A stretch of DNA of 64,000 nucleotides from an uncultured cyanobacterium (GCA_903935205.1 CAIZQU010000152.1:24404-88403); one strand, 5' to 3'. Numbered from the stretch's first letter, positions 9,595-20,675 are shown. The notes: a model not told the origin generated them from the sequence alone. Numbers and translations: made by a program.

Positions 9595-10293
9595 TTACAG
9601 GAGCGGCAACCGGTGGATGCCCTCCTCATCGAGCCAGCCGGGGAAGGGCACATCCCAGGGGTCCTGGGGGAGGCCGCGGCGCAGACAGGCGGCGGGAACC
9701 ACCGCCAAGGCAGGAACCGCCGCCCAGGCGGGATCGGCCCGCAGCCGGTCATACCAGCCGCCGCCCTGACCCAGGCGGATGCCGCTGATCGGATCGAAGG
9801 CAAGGGTCGGGGCCAGCAGCAAACCCAGGGCTGCCGGGGGCAGATTGCCGCAGCTGGCGAGAGGAGCGGCGATGCCGCAGCCATCGGCGGCGAGGGGTTC
9901 CCCCGGGCGCCAGGGGCGGTAGACCATCCGGGCCGGTGGCACCAGCCCTTCCACCGCCGGCAGGGCGAGGGCGAAGCCCGCCTCCGCCAGGGGCACCAGG
10001 TCCTCCTCCCCGGCCAGGGGCCAATAAAGGCCTAGTCGCAGGCCGGGGCCCAGCAGTGCCGGCAGCTCCCGCAACGCTGCCGCCAGCACGGTGCCCCCTG
10101 CCTGCGCCGGCCCTCCCGATCGGGATTCAGCACCGGGACATCCGGCCGGGCCCTGGCCTGGGTCAGCCGCGCCGACGGCCCGCTCGCGGCGCCAGCGGCG
10201 GTACTGACGTCTCAGATCAGCCTTTGCGGCCGGCGCTGCGAGCGCCGCTGCCTCGATGGATCGCCGGGGGGCGGGGTCTGGAGAGTGGCTCAT
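9595..10293 (-). CDS. ygfA: 5-formyltetrahydrofolate cyclo-ligase
   Basis: [34 protein letters not shown]. Confidence 0.92.
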   Translation of the reverse strand: MSHSPDPAPRRSIEAAALAAPAAKADLRRQYRRWRRERAVGAADPGQGPAGCPGAESRSGGPAQAGGTVLAAALRELPALLGPGLRLGLYWPLAGEEDLVPLAEAGFALALPAVEGLVPPARMVYRPWRPGEPLAADGCGIAAPLASCGNLPPAALGLLLAPTLAFDPISGIRLGQGGGWYDRLRADPAWAAVPALAVVPAACLRRGLPQDPWDVPFPGWLDEEGIHRLPLL

Positions 10294-10793
10294 CGCTGAA
10301 ACCAGCCCGTCAGGGCCACCGCCAGGGCATCGGCGGCGTCATCGGGGCGGGGGGGATGCTCCAGATCCAGTTCCCGCATCACCGCGCTGAGCACGTCATC
10401 CTTTTCGGCATGGCCATGGCCTGCCAGGGCGAGCTTGATCTGCATCGGCGGGTATTCGACCACCGGAATGCCGAAACGGGCCAGGGTCATCATCACGACG
10501 CCGCGAGCCTGGACCACGGCGATGGTGGTGCTGGAGCGATAGAAGAAGAATTTCTCCACCGCCGCCAGATCCGGTTTCCAGCGCCGCACCAGGATGCGCA
10601 GGTCGGCGGCGATTTCCACCATCCGCTCACCATCGCTGCGGCCTGGATCGGTGCGAATCATGCCGCAATCGAGCAGGCGCTGGCGCGGCGGATCCGCAGG
10701 GGGGGCGCCTGGCCGAAACGATTCAGCCTCCTCGACCGCAATCACGCCATAGCCGACGCGGGCCAATCCGGGATCGATGCCGAGAATGATCAT
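10290..10793 (-). CDS. ruvC: Holliday junction resolvase RuvC
   Basis: [32 protein letters not shown]. Confidence 0.97.
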   Translation of the reverse strand: MIILGIDPGLARVGYGVIAVEEAESFRPGAPPADPPRQRLLDCGMIRTDPGRSDGERMVEIAADLRILVRRWKPDLAAVEKFFFYRSSTTIAVVQARGVVMMTLARFGIPVVEYPPMQIKLALAGHGHAEKDDVLSAVMRELDLEHPPRPDDAADALAVALTGWFQR

Positions 10794-10880
10794 CGCGGGG
10801 GAGGGGGCACTCCGGAAGGAGGCCCCACTCTGCAGGCCGGAGCCCGGTGGCACCAGGGACCCGCGCTGCGTCCGCCCCCT

Positions 10881-11306
10881 TCAGCCCACGCTGCCTGCTG
10901 CCAGGGCCGCCCAGGCAGAGGCGAGGAAAGAGGGCACCGGCCTGGCGCGGTAGTCGCGGGGATCGCTTGGACCATGGCGAAGCACGGCGTTGACCACAAC
11001 CGCAGGCCGCTGGCCGCGGTTGATGGCACCGTGGGGTACGCCCGGAGGAATGCGCACCCAGGTGGCGGCATCATCGCGCAGGCTGATGCGGCGCAGACGG
11101 CCCTCCTGCAACACGATCAGATCGAGGCTGCCCTGCAGCACCATCAACTGGTCGGTCTGGTGGCGATGGCAGTAGAGCTCTGGGGCGCCGGAGGGACCCA
11201 CCTCGGCGATCATGGTTTCGTCGCTGGGCTGGGGAGCCCCGAAGAGGGTGGCACCGGAACGGCGGGCTTGACAGGGAATCACGGCAACGCGGGGACGGCG
11301 AGACAC
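10881..11306 (-). CDS. Cupin-fold protein (RmlC/dTDP-sugar epimerase-like cyanobacterial family)
   Basis: HRHQTDQLMVLQG and VRIPPGVPHGAIN cupin motifs, VNAVLRH; GTG start estimated at 11306. Confidence 0.7.
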   Translation of the reverse strand: MSRRPRVAVIPCQARRSGATLFGAPQPSDETMIAEVGPSGAPELYCHRHQTDQLMVLQGSLDLIVLQEGRLRRISLRDDAATWVRIPPGVPHGAINRGQRPAVVVNAVLRHGPSDPRDYRARPVPSFLASAWAALAAGSVG

Positions 11307-11777
11307 AAAGCAGAGGCAAGTTTGTGAATAATTGCGAACCTCCCAGGGTGGACGTGGTTGTCGCTGGTACAGATTCGCGGCCTGCGTCAGCAGTCGCTGG
11401 CCTTGCTGCCGCCGCTGACGCTCCTCGAGCTGAGCTGGGCAGCGATCGACGCTGATCCAGCCCCCCGCCACCCACCGTGGGCCACCGAGCACGGCAGCGG
11501 CGCCCACCACCTCCCCGGGAGCCTGGTGCCCGTGGTCACCAGGGCTCCGCTTGCAGCCATCGCCGCGGACCACAAGGGTGGAGCCCCAGTGCCGGGCCAA
11601 ACGCTGTCCCTGGCTGGGTGGTGTCTCGATGGGGAGGCCCGACTGCAGACAGGGGGGTGGAGCTTGAATCTGGCGAATCGGCAACGACGACACTCTTATT
11701 AATCGGCGAGAATCGGCGAGCTTGAAATGGGACAGAACAGAATTGAAATCGCCTTGGACGAACGGAAGGGCATCGTT

Positions 11778-11807
11778 TGAGAACTGATGAGAACTGATGA
11801 GAACTGA
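11778..11807 (+). repeat. Three perfect tandem copies of TGAGAACTGA
   Basis: Read directly; a separate AATCGGCGAG x2 lies at 11701-11720. Confidence 0.9.
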
Positions 11808-12025
11808 GCTTCGTTCTCCATTCCTGCGACAGATGCGCAAGCATCCAGCCATCGCCAGTACCTGACCCGGGCGCCGTCGGGCATCACCGCTGCAGCAACA
11901 GCTCAGCCCGAGGGGCGGCTGCGGCCGCCCTGAACGAGCGTCCTGCCGTGGTCACACTGATTGCCGGTTAACGCTTGCGGATTCAAGCTTGCCTGCAGCG
12001 CCCGCTTCGGCATCGCGCCCGCCTC

Positions 12026-12910
12026 TCAGGCGGGAAAGGAGCGAGGGCGCCGGAACAGCGCCTCCTCCTGAGCGTGCTTGCGCTTGGCGGCGACGGGAAT
12101 CTCCAACAACAGCACGTAGCCGTAGTAGAAGGATTTCCTGATAACAGCCGGGACAATCTGCAGCCATGTCATAGCCTGTCCCTTGAAATTGAGGCCATAC
12201 TCAACCAAGGCAATATGCTTCAGCGAATGGCTAAACACATAACCGTAGTACCCCCATAGCGACCCCTTCTTGGCGTTTAGATAATGGTAATTGAGATAGC
12301 CTGAAAGCGGAACCTGCTTACGATAAGCCGCGGCTTCAACATAGTGCCTGGCAATAGCCTTTTTCGCAACGACCCTGACGAAGCCATGGTCAATGATGCG
12401 ACCGATCAGATCCGTCTCATCTGCGTAGTGGGAGTACTTGAGGCCGGTATCAAACCGGAACTGCCGGAAGATGCTTGCCCTAAAAGACATATTGCAGCCC
12501 CAGACATGGCGATCATTGATATAGATTTCCTCGCTGTCACCCCGGAAACTGATGCCACCGACCACAGCCACCTCCTCGCGATCATAGGCCCTTACGATTT
12601 CGCTCAACCACGAATGGGTTACGGCGCAGTCATCATCAATGAAGGCGATGATCTCACCTCGGCTGTGGCCGATGCCGACATTGCGTGCATTGCAAAGGCC
12701 ACTGGACTCAGCGTTGCGAACCACATTCAACCGCAGCTTCGAATGGCTGTATTGCCGCAGGAATTGTTGCGTGCCATCGGAGGAAGCATCATCAACAACG
12801 ACAACCTCAAAGGAGGGATAGTCGAGCTGCTCAAGGGATGGCAAGGCGTATTTCTGCAGAGCATCGCATCGGTTTTTCGTGCAAATTACAATCGATACGA
12901 AGGGCAGCAT
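12026..12910 (-). CDS. Glycosyltransferase family 2
   Basis: VSIVICTKNR, VVVDDASSDGT, IAFIDDD, WGCNMSFR, ADETDL; visibly lower GC. Confidence 0.92.
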   Translation of the reverse strand: MLPFVSIVICTKNRCDALQKYALPSLEQLDYPSFEVVVVDDASSDGTQQFLRQYSHSKLRLNVVRNAESSGLCNARNVGIGHSRGEIIAFIDDDCAVTHSWLSEIVRAYDREEVAVVGGISFRGDSEEIYINDRHVWGCNMSFRASIFRQFRFDTGLKYSHYADETDLIGRIIDHGFVRVVAKKAIARHYVEAAAYRKQVPLSGYLNYHYLNAKKGSLWGYYGYVFSHSLKHIALVEYGLNFKGQAMTWLQIVPAVIRKSFYYGYVLLLEIPVAAKRKHAQEEALFRRPRSFPA

Positions 12911-13085
12911 CTTGGTCGTGTGATCGGTGAGAACAAGCCATGCTGATGGCTGCAGCCGCGTTTCCGGATAGCAGCAGGGGCCCCAGTCAGGCCATCAGAC
13001 CCCGTGGACCCACGGCAGCATAGGGCTTCAGCCTTGTGTCCAATCCAGACCCAGACGCCAGCCAGCTGGGCCGGGGGAGCACGCA

Positions 13086-14183
13086 TCAGCCCGCAAGCGC
13101 CAGCTCAAAGGCACGCCGGTCGGCGTCAGCGGTCGGCAGAGGCCGTTCAAACACCTTGCAGAACACCTTCACCACCCGATCGCCGCTGTCGATCTGCTCG
13201 AGCGGATCCTTGCGCAGCCGGTGCCGCAGGCAACAGGCCACCACCCGCGCCACATCGTCGTCACTCACTTCGGTGCGCCCCTCAAAGGCGGCCAGGGCGC
13301 GGGCGGCACGGTTGGTCACGATATCCCCCCGCAACCCGTCGACATCCAGTTCGCCGCAGACCGCCGAGATACGAATACGCAAATCATCATCGATCTCCAC
13401 CGACCCCAGCCGAGCCTGCGCCTCCACCACGAGGGCCTGCAGGGCATCCTGACCAGCCTGCACAGCGTCGTTGAAGCCATCGGGATCGGCATCGAAGCTG
13501 GTGCGCTGATCCACCACCTGCACCCGCAACTGCGGGTCCCGCACGGTGCGGACCTCCACGCTCATGCCGAAGCGATCGAGCAGCTGGGGCCTGAGCTCGC
13601 CCTCCTCGGGGTTGCCGGAACCGATCAGCACAAAGCGGGCCGGGTGACGCACGCTCACACCCTCCCGCTCCACGGTGTTCCAACCAGAGGCCGCCGAATC
13701 GAGCAGCACATCCACCAGGTGGTCGTCGAGGAGGTTCACCTCATCCACATAGAGAAGGCCACGGTTGGCCTTGGCCAACAGGCCCGGCTCAAAGGCCCGC
13801 ACCCCCTCGCTGAGGGCCTTCTCGATGTCGATCGTGCCGCAGAGGCGGTCTTCGGTGGCGCCCAGGGGCAGATCCACCATCGGCACCTGGCGCTTCTCGG
13901 TGGCCAGGACCTCACCTCGCTCCAGGCGCTGACGCACCTCGGCGCTCTGGAGATCGGGATCGGCAGGGGAACTGTTGTAAGGGTCGCCCTCGACCACATC
14001 GATTTCGGGCAGCAGGTCCGCCAGGGCCCGGATCGTGGTGCTCTTGCCGGTGCCGCGGTCGCCCATGATCATCACCCCACCGATACGGGGATCGATCACA
14101 TTCAGCAGCAGGGCCAGCTTCATCTCCTCCTGGCCCACGATGGCGGTGAAAGGGAAGACCCTGCGCTTCCTGGTCTGACTCAC
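13086..14183 (-). CDS. chlI: Magnesium chelatase ATPase subunit I
   Basis: [37 protein letters not shown]. Confidence 0.98.
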   Translation of the reverse strand: MSQTRKRRVFPFTAIVGQEEMKLALLLNVIDPRIGGVMIMGDRGTGKSTTIRALADLLPEIDVVEGDPYNSSPADPDLQSAEVRQRLERGEVLATEKRQVPMVDLPLGATEDRLCGTIDIEKALSEGVRAFEPGLLAKANRGLLYVDEVNLLDDHLVDVLLDSAASGWNTVEREGVSVRHPARFVLIGSGNPEEGELRPQLLDRFGMSVEVRTVRDPQLRVQVVDQRTSFDADPDGFNDAVQAGQDALQALVVEAQARLGSVEIDDDLRIRISAVCGELDVDGLRGDIVTNRAARALAAFEGRTEVSDDDVARVVACCLRHRLRKDPLEQIDSGDRVVKVFCKVFERPLPTADADRRAFELALAG

Positions 14184-15838
14184 GGGGCGGTCGCCGGCGG
14201 TGAGGGCGATTGTTTCACAGTCGCGCCGCCAGGCCCCGCCGCTGCAGGAAAAGACGCGGTGGGAGCGGCGGGGGTCTCCGCAGCGCGGCTGGGAGGGGCC
14301 CAGGGGAGCAGGCTCAGCACCTGGGGCGGGGTGGCATCGGCCGGGTAGATCAGACGCACCAGCAGGCGACGCTCCTGGCCCGGTGCCAGGCTGATGGTCC
14401 CCAGAGCCGGCCCCTGCTGCCCAGCCCGCTGCACCAGATGGAAGATCTGGCGGCCCAGCGGCTGACCATCCGGGCCATCCAGGCCGGAGACCTCCACGCT
14501 GCCGCGGAAGACCACCGCCTGGGAGGGGCTCTGGCGAAAGCGCAGGCCGCCCAGGGGTTGGTCGTGCTTGAGGGGAGATTCCAGAGCCAGCTGCAGCTTC
14601 ATGGGTGCGGCACTGTCGTTGCGCAGCGGCAGGCTGAGGTCGTACGTCACCCCGTAGTTGCCGTGGGCGGCCCAGGCGGTACCCGGGTAGTAACCCCGGA
14701 GCTCAGCGGTCTGCACCTGGGCGGTGCCCAGGCTGCCCTTCAGCAGCGAGGCGATCGGCCAGGAGATCGGCGCCCGGCTGGCCCGCAGGGGTCCACCATC
14801 AGCCTCGGCGATCCGACCGCGCCAGGTGCTGCCCAGCTGCACACCGCTCACCCGCGAGTAGATGATCGGACCAGAGGCGCCGCGGGGACTGGGGGCATGC
14901 TCCTTCGGGCTGAGACCAGCCTGCAGGATCCGCGCCCAGACGGCGGGATCGGGAGGGGATCCATTGGGGCCGAAGGCAGCGAGCACCGCCAGGTCGACCG
15001 GGGCACTGCTGGCGAAGCGCAGCTGGAGGTTGCGCCCATTCAGCAGGGGATCGAGGCCACGCACCGGCAGAGGGAGCACCAGCAGCGGCGTCAGCTGTCC
15101 TGAGCCGAGGGTCCAGGCGCTGGGGAGCTCCGGACTGCGGCGGCGCTCCAGCAGCTCTGTGGCGACCCGGCTGCCAGGCCCGGACCACACGGGTTGGGTG
15201 GACTGCTGGACCAGCAGGGGTGGCAAGGGCAGGAACGGCGCGGCGCTCTGACCCTCCGCCGTGGCCTGGGAGAGGGAGGTGGCTCCGCTGCGCAACCGCA
15301 GGGTCACAGGAGTTGCCGCCCGGTGGTCGCGGGGGGCGGCCACCACCGCCAACCACAGGGTGGAATCGAGGCTTTCCGGCCGGCCCGCGAAGACGTGGTG
15401 GCTGAAGAGTTCGAAGCTGCCGCTCAGGGGCTGGTTGAGATGGGCGCCGGCCACCGCCAGGGGCCGGCCTGACCAGCCGCTGCGGGGATCGAATCCTGAG
15501 AAGAGAATGCCTTCGCCCCGGATCAGTTCCGGGTTGTTGTCATTGACCATCAGCCCGTCGTCGAGGCCACCGGGCAGAGGCTCGACCCGCTGGCGACGGA
15601 GCAGGGTCGGCGCCGGCTGGGCCGTGGGGATGGCCGCTGGGGGGGCGACCGGTGCCGATGGGCGGATCTGGGCCATGCGGGAATGGTGCACGGGGTCGGC
15701 CTGCCCAGGCCCGCAACACCAGGGCAAGGCGACCAGGGCCAGAGCCCTGGCCAGGGAACCGGGCCGACCAACCGACCAGACCAGCGGCAGCCTCGGGCGG
15801 GGGAAGCGTGCGATGCCTGAACTGCGGAGCGTGGTCAT
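14180..15838 (-). CDS. DUF3370-family cyanobacterial secreted protein
   Basis: PLPGGLDDGLMVNDNNPELIRGEGIL, FSHHV, AHGNYGVTY, YPADATPPQVL. Confidence 0.8.
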   Translation of the reverse strand: MTTLRSSGIARFPRPRLPLVWSVGRPGSLARALALVALPWCCGPGQADPVHHSRMAQIRPSAPVAPPAAIPTAQPAPTLLRRQRVEPLPGGLDDGLMVNDNNPELIRGEGILFSGFDPRSGWSGRPLAVAGAHLNQPLSGSFELFSHHVFAGRPESLDSTLWLAVVAAPRDHRAATPVTLRLRSGATSLSQATAEGQSAAPFLPLPPLLVQQSTQPVWSGPGSRVATELLERRRSPELPSAWTLGSGQLTPLLVLPLPVRGLDPLLNGRNLQLRFASSAPVDLAVLAAFGPNGSPPDPAVWARILQAGLSPKEHAPSPRGASGPIIYSRVSGVQLGSTWRGRIAEADGGPLRASRAPISWPIASLLKGSLGTAQVQTAELRGYYPGTAWAAHGNYGVTYDLSLPLRNDSAAPMKLQLALESPLKHDQPLGGLRFRQSPSQAVVFRGSVEVSGLDGPDGQPLGRQIFHLVQRAGQQGPALGTISLAPGQERRLLVRLIYPADATPPQVLSLLPWAPPSRAAETPAAPTASFPAAAGPGGATVKQSPSPPATAP

Positions 15839-16902
15839 CGTTTCGGTACCACCCCCACCAGCTGGCGGGAGACCACCGCGGCCATCGAGCGGATCAATTC
15901 GGCCGAGCGCGGATCGTTGAAGGGCCCCTTGACCATGAAAGCGGCAACAGCGCGTTGACCGTTGGGCAGTTCGATCAGAGCGGCATCGGCATAGGCGATG
16001 CCGATGTCACCGGTCTTGTTGTAGGCGGTGATCCCCTCGGCCAGCAGCTCAGCATCGGGGTCAGCCACCGGCTCCGGTCGGCCGATGCCTTTGAGCAGCC
16101 CCATCGGGATCAGGGTGTTGGTGCTGGAGGTGGCCAGAATCGCCCGGAACAGATCACGGGCCCTGGGGCTCAGCTTCTGGCCGGTGTCCACCAGGGCGAT
16201 GGTGCGGGCCAGGTCACGGGCGCTGGTGGTGTTGGTGCCATCGAGATCCGGCAGCCAGTTGTTGACCACGGTGCTGGTCAATCCCAGGTTCTGGAACTGG
16301 GCGTTGACGGCATCCTTGCCTCCGAAGCGCTTGATCAGCAGATTGGTGGCGCTGTTATCGCTCACCCGGATCATCTCGGTCGCGGCTTCATGGAAAGGGA
16401 AGCGGCTGCCGAGCGGCTTGGAGGCCATCCATCCGGCCCCGTCTCCCTTGACCTCAGCGGTCAACGGCAGGGTCTCGTTCCAGCGCAAACGGCCCTGGTC
16501 CAGGGCATCAAGCCCGACCAGAAGAATCGGGGTCTTGATCGAACTGGCCGCCGGCAGAGCCACGGTGCTGCGGTAATCGGCAAAACGGCCGTCGTCGAGC
16601 ACCAGCAGGAAGCCGGAGGCGCTGAGGCCCTTCTGGGCCTGGGCCAACCGGGCCCATTCCTGGCTGACAGCGGCGAGCTCCACCCGCGGATCGAAACGAC
16701 CCAGGGCCAGCCCATGGCCCCCCACCAACCGCGGGGCCGCATCGAACTGGGCCTTGGCCAAGCCCCCCTGGGCCAACCGCGGCGCCAGGGCCTTCAGGGC
16801 CGTGGCCACAAGAATCCCCAGGCCGACCCCCATCACCATCAGGCGCAGCAGCAGGAACAGCGGCGGCAACCAGGGGCGGCGTTGGGGACGGCCGGGGCTC
16901 AC
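15835..16902 (-). CDS. Class A beta-lactamase-like serine hydrolase (PBP-A type)
   Basis: SxxK in AASSIKTP, SDN in MIRVSDNSATN, KTG in YNKTGDIG; N-terminal TM. Confidence 0.9.
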   Translation of the reverse strand: MSPGRPQRRPWLPPLFLLLRLMVMGVGLGILVATALKALAPRLAQGGLAKAQFDAAPRLVGGHGLALGRFDPRVELAAVSQEWARLAQAQKGLSASGFLLVLDDGRFADYRSTVALPAASSIKTPILLVGLDALDQGRLRWNETLPLTAEVKGDGAGWMASKPLGSRFPFHEAATEMIRVSDNSATNLLIKRFGGKDAVNAQFQNLGLTSTVVNNWLPDLDGTNTTSARDLARTIALVDTGQKLSPRARDLFRAILATSSTNTLIPMGLLKGIGRPEPVADPDAELLAEGITAYNKTGDIGIAYADAALIELPNGQRAVAAFMVKGPFNDPRSAELIRSMAAVVSRQLVGVVPKR

Positions 16903-16932
16903 GGGAGGGTCAGGGCAATCAGAAGCCCGACG

Positions 16933-17721
16933 CTAAGGGGCATCCGCGGCGGTGACCCCGCGACGGCTCGCCCAGCGCAACTGGCACACCATGCCGCGCA
17001 GCAGCGCCACTTCCGCCGCCGTGATCTCGCCGCGCTGCAGCAACGCCCGCAGCTTCGCCATCCTGGCCCGGCTGGTGTGGGGCAACAAAAAGCCCACCTC
17101 CAGCAGCAGGGCCTCGGCATCGGCCAGGGCGGCCTCCAGCAGATCACGCTGGCAGGGGTCCTGGGCAGGGCTGGTGATCGGCGGCAGCGGCGCTGGCCGT
17201 GGAACCTGGCCGGATGGGGATGGGTCCCGGCGGAGCTGATGCAGCTCATGGAGCACCACCGCCACGGCGTGGGAGAGGTTGAGAGAGGCGTAGGCCGGGC
17301 CGGTGCCGATGCGCAGGAGGCGTCCAGCCTGGAGCAGTTCCTGGTTGGTGAGTCCCCGATCCTCCCGGCCGAACACCAGGGCCGTCGCGGCAGGGCTCTG
17401 CGCCTGTGAAGGCGGTGCTGCCACCAGCCAGGCCAGGGCCTCGGCCGGCGGCAGCAGCGGCAGGGGGGCGCCCTCATCACGGCCGGTGGTGGCCACGATT
17501 CGGCCGCAATCGGCCAGGGCAGCCGCCAGGGTGGGGAAAAGGCGAGCACCCTCCAGCAGCGACAGGCCATGCACCGCCATGCGGCGGGCCTCTGGAGCCT
17601 GGGGATCGCAGCGGGGGGCCACCAGGCGCAGGCCGCTGACGGCGAAATTGGCGCAGAGACGAGCAACGCTGCCCAGGTTGAGAGGGCCGGCGGGCTCGAC
17701 GAGCACCACGTGCAGGCTCAC
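16933..17721 (-). CDS. trmJ: tRNA/rRNA methyltransferase, TrmJ/SpoU family
   Basis: VVLVEPAGPLNLGSVAR, LVFGREDRGLTNQEL, SLNLSHAV. Confidence 0.9.
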   Translation of the reverse strand: MSLHVVLVEPAGPLNLGSVARLCANFAVSGLRLVAPRCDPQAPEARRMAVHGLSLLEGARLFPTLAAALADCGRIVATTGRDEGAPLPLLPPAEALAWLVAAPPSQAQSPAATALVFGREDRGLTNQELLQAGRLLRIGTGPAYASLNLSHAVAVVLHELHQLRRDPSPSGQVPRPAPLPPITSPAQDPCQRDLLEAALADAEALLLEVGFLLPHTSRARMAKLRALLQRGEITAAEVALLRGMVCQLRWASRRGVTAADAP

Positions 17722-17731
17722 GGGGGGGACT

Positions 17732-18169
17732 TCAGGGGAGGCTGTGCAGGAAAGCGAGCAGGTCGGCCATGGCCTGGGGATCGGGCTGGAAGCGAGGCAT
17801 CGGCGGGGTGCGACCACTCACCACCTGCTGGATCAGCTGGCGATCGCTCTTGCGGCGGTCGACGCCATGGAGATTGGGACCCACGAGCCCCTGGGCTGCC
17901 AGGCCGTGGCAGCCGGCGCAATTGAGCCGGAACAGACGTCCACCATCCTGAGCGGATCCTGGCTGGGACAGGACGGCCTGGGTGTAGGGATCGCGGCGGG
18001 AGGCGGAGAGCAGCACCAGGGCGAGGATCGCGCAGGCGGTGGCTGCCAGCAGCACCAACGCGGTGATCAGGCCTCGGCGGGACGGATTGGGGAGCACCGC
18101 CGGATCCAGGCCGCTGGAAATGGAGGGTGGGGAGCCGGTCACGGTTCGTGGCGGAGGGTCGCCAGGCAA
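17732..18169 (-). CDS. cytM: Cytochrome cM
   Basis: TM segment then DPY, CAGCH heme motif, GPNL, TPPMPRF; start uncertain. Confidence 0.88.
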   Translation of the reverse strand: MPGDPPPRTVTGSPPSISSGLDPAVLPNPSRRGLITALVLLAATACAILALVLLSASRRDPYTQAVLSQPGSAQDGGRLFRLNCAGCHGLAAQGLVGPNLHGVDRRKSDRQLIQQVVSGRTPPMPRFQPDPQAMADLLAFLHSLP

Positions 18170-18219
18170 GCCCTGGTTATGGAAAGATTGTGCAACCTTT
18201 CGAGCCCCTTCCGCGCGCC

Positions 18220-18333
18220 ATGATCGAACCTCTGCTCTGCGGGATCGTGCTCGGTCTGATCCCGGTGACCCTGGTGGGCCTGTTCATGGCTGCCTGGAAC
18301 CAGTACCGCCGCGGTGGCGCCCTCGGCGGTTGA
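18220..18333 (+). CDS. petG: Cytochrome b6f subunit V
   Basis: [32 protein letters not shown]. Confidence 0.98.
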   Translation: MIEPLLCGIVLGLIPVTLVGLFMAAWNQYRRGGALGG

Positions 18334-18368
18334 GCGAACCGAGGCCAGGCCATGGCTCCTGGCCTCCC

Positions 18369-18950
18369 TCACCTCGGGTCTGGATCCATCGACGGCTCCA
18401 TCAGCATCAGTGTCGTCGCCCCGTAGTGGCGGAGCTGTTTTGCGTTCCAGCCTTCGGGCACTACGGGCACGGCGGCGGTGGGGCATTCCCAGATCAGAAC
18501 ACCGCCCGCTGCGAGCCAGCCACCACGGCGGATCAACTCGGTCAGGGGGGCATGCAGCCCCTCCGACCAGGGTGGATCCAGATAGATGATGTCAAAGCAA
18601 TCCAGTTGTCTGGCCTGTGGGCCGCCCACCAGCCAACGAAGGGAATCGGCTGTGTGGACGGTCACCATGGGCCTCGAGGTGGCAAAGCCAGCAGCGACAG
18701 CCTGGAGGTTCTGACGGGCCAGGGCCGCCACCCGCGGATCCCGCTCGATGGCAACAACCACGGCTGCGCCCCGTTGCAGAGCCTCACAGGCCACGGCCCC
18801 ACTGCCGCAACAGGCATCGAGCCAACGGCAGCCCCTCAGCCGATCAGCCAGCAGGTTCATGGCCGCCAGCCTCACCCGAGCAGAGGTCGGTCGGGCCACC
18901 ATCCCGACCGGACTGCGCAACCGCCGGCCGCCACTGATTCGCAGGCTCAC
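18369..18950 (-). CDS. rsmD: 16S rRNA m2G966 methyltransferase
   Basis: LRISGG, RPT, LDACCGSG, IIYLDPPW; GTGA overlap with hisH stop. Confidence 0.9.
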   Translation of the reverse strand: MSLRISGGRRLRSPVGMVARPTSARVRLAAMNLLADRLRGCRWLDACCGSGAVACEALQRGAAVVVAIERDPRVAALARQNLQAVAAGFATSRPMVTVHTADSLRWLVGGPQARQLDCFDIIYLDPPWSEGLHAPLTELIRRGGWLAAGGVLIWECPTAAVPVVPEGWNAKQLRHYGATTLMLMEPSMDPDPR

Positions 18951-19570
18951 CGGCTCTTCACCCAATCCAGCCAGCGGCCGAGCATCGCCTCACCGACGAT
19001 CCCCGATTTCTCCGGATGGAACTGGCAAGCGGCGACGGTTCCCTGCCAGACAGCCGCTGTAACCGGGGTCCCTGCCCAGTCCACCAGTGCGGTGGCGCAG
19101 TCGGGATCGCGGGGCTCGGCGGCATAGGAATGGACAAAATAGACCCAGGTTGGCGGTGAGCCGCCCGGCAGCAGGGGACTGGCCGAAGCCGGGAGCAGGG
19201 GCGCCCAGCCCATGTGGGGAATCGGATGCCCACTGACCCTTGGCAGGGCCCGCACCCTGCCGGCCAGCAATCCCAGGCCTGCGGTCTGCCCCTCATCGCT
19301 GGCCTCGAACAACAGCTGCAGGCCGAGGCAGATGCCAAGCAGTGGCTGACCTGCGGCCACGGAATGCCTCAGACCTTGGTCAAGGCCGGACTGGCGCAAC
19401 CGCTCCATCGCCGGATCGAAGGCCCCGACTCCCGGCAGCACCAGGGCATCGCAGCCCGCCATCGCCTCGGCGGTGGTGATCGGTTCAACCCTGGCACCAA
19501 GCCGCTCAAAGGCCCGTTGCACCGAGTGCAGGTTGCCCATGCCGTAGTCGATCAGGCCGAGGTGGCACAT
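18947..19570 (-). CDS. hisH: Imidazole glycerol phosphate synthase glutaminase subunit
   Basis: DYGMGNL, PGVGAF, GICLG, FVHSY, QFHPEKS. Confidence 0.98.
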   Translation of the reverse strand: MCHLGLIDYGMGNLHSVQRAFERLGARVEPITTAEAMAGCDALVLPGVGAFDPAMERLRQSGLDQGLRHSVAAGQPLLGICLGLQLLFEASDEGQTAGLGLLAGRVRALPRVSGHPIPHMGWAPLLPASASPLLPGGSPPTWVYFVHSYAAEPRDPDCATALVDWAGTPVTAAVWQGTVAACQFHPEKSGIVGEAMLGRWLDWVKSR

Positions 19571-19585
19571 AGGGGCGCGTCGGGA

Positions 19586-20608
19586 TCAGGAGGGGGTTGG
19601 GCAGCGCAGCCCTGGGGGGGCAAGGCAGCCGGCATCGGCCAATTCAAGGTCGTTGAGATAGGCGATCAGCTGATACAGCTTGCCGACCATCCGTGAATTG
19701 AAGCGGAAGCGCAGCGATGGCCTGAGGATGCCGTTGCTGTCGCAGGCCTCGCCAGTCTGGAAACCGCCGTGATCGAGGAGGTCATGAAACCGTTGATGCA
19801 GATCGGGCAGGTGTGCGGCGGGCATGGGAGCATTGAGTAACAGCTCGATCCGCTCCTCCCCGGCCTGGGCGCTGTGGAAGACCCGGTAGAAACGGCTGAT
19901 CAGGGCCACCGCCTCAGCAGCGCTCTGGGCCTCCTGCACGAGGGTGCCATCCTCGGCGGAGATCAAGCCACGACCCACCAGACCCGCCTCCAGCTGGCGC
20001 CGCCAGACGGACCAGAAGTCATCCCCCTCCGGAGACAGCAACACCAAGGGAATCGGAGGGGTGCGGCCGGTCTGGATGAGGGTGAGAGACTCGAACAACT
20101 CATCCAGGGTGCCAAAACCTCCAGGGAGAACAACGAGAGCGTCGCTCTCGCGAAGGAAGAAAAGCTTGCGGGTGAAAAAATAGCGAAAATAGAGAAGCCG
20201 ACTGCCGCAGTTGCCGATGTAGGGATTGGGATGTTGTTCAAAGGGAAGATCGACGTTCAGGCCGATGCTGTGCTCGCAGCCAGCGCCGCCATTGGCCGCC
20301 TCCATCACGCCGCCACCGGCACCGGTCAACACCTCAAAACCAGCTCCTACGGCCAGTCGTGCCAACTCCTCGGCCAGGGCGTAACAAGGGTTGTCGGGCC
20401 GGGTGCGGGCCGAGCCGAACACACTGATCTTGCGCAGGCTGCGATGGGGACGGAAGACCTCCAGGGCCTCGCTGATGTCCGCCAGACAACCGCTGACAAG
20501 CTGCCACTCGGGCAATTCCTTCTCCTGGCGAGTGATCGCCAACAGCGACACGATCGCCTTCTCGATCAGGCGACGCTGAGGGTGCCCCTCGATCTGCTGC
20601 TGGAGCAC
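19586..20608 (-). CDS. LOG family protein (nucleotide phosphoribohydrolase-like)
   Basis: SVFGSART, TGAGGGVMEAAN, PGGFGTLDE; start estimated. Confidence 0.9.
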   Translation of the reverse strand: MLQQQIEGHPQRRLIEKAIVSLLAITRQEKELPEWQLVSGCLADISEALEVFRPHRSLRKISVFGSARTRPDNPCYALAEELARLAVGAGFEVLTGAGGGVMEAANGGAGCEHSIGLNVDLPFEQHPNPYIGNCGSRLLYFRYFFTRKLFFLRESDALVVLPGGFGTLDELFESLTLIQTGRTPPIPLVLLSPEGDDFWSVWRRQLEAGLVGRGLISAEDGTLVQEAQSAAEAVALISRFYRVFHSAQAGEERIELLLNAPMPAAHLPDLHQRFHDLLDHGGFQTGEACDSNGILRPSLRFRFNSRMVGKLYQLIAYLNDLELADAGCLAPPGLRCPTPS

Positions 20609-20675
20609 AGCGAGGGGACTTTGATCTGGAACAACTCCAGGAGAAGGGGATGGTGGGATGGCCAGGGGAGAAAGC

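Noticed and set aside
11358-11702. 114-aa plus-strand ORF in the cupin-GT2 spacer
   Set aside because: No recognisable motif and weak start; cannot be distinguished from chance
11778-11807. Repeats as a possible CRISPR array
   Set aside because: Contiguous 10-bp units with no spacers and no cas genes; the same holds for 59385-59443
15835-16902. Antibiotic-resistance beta-lactamase
   Set aside because: This class A-like family is a common cyanobacterial chromosomal PBP-A type; there is no mobile context
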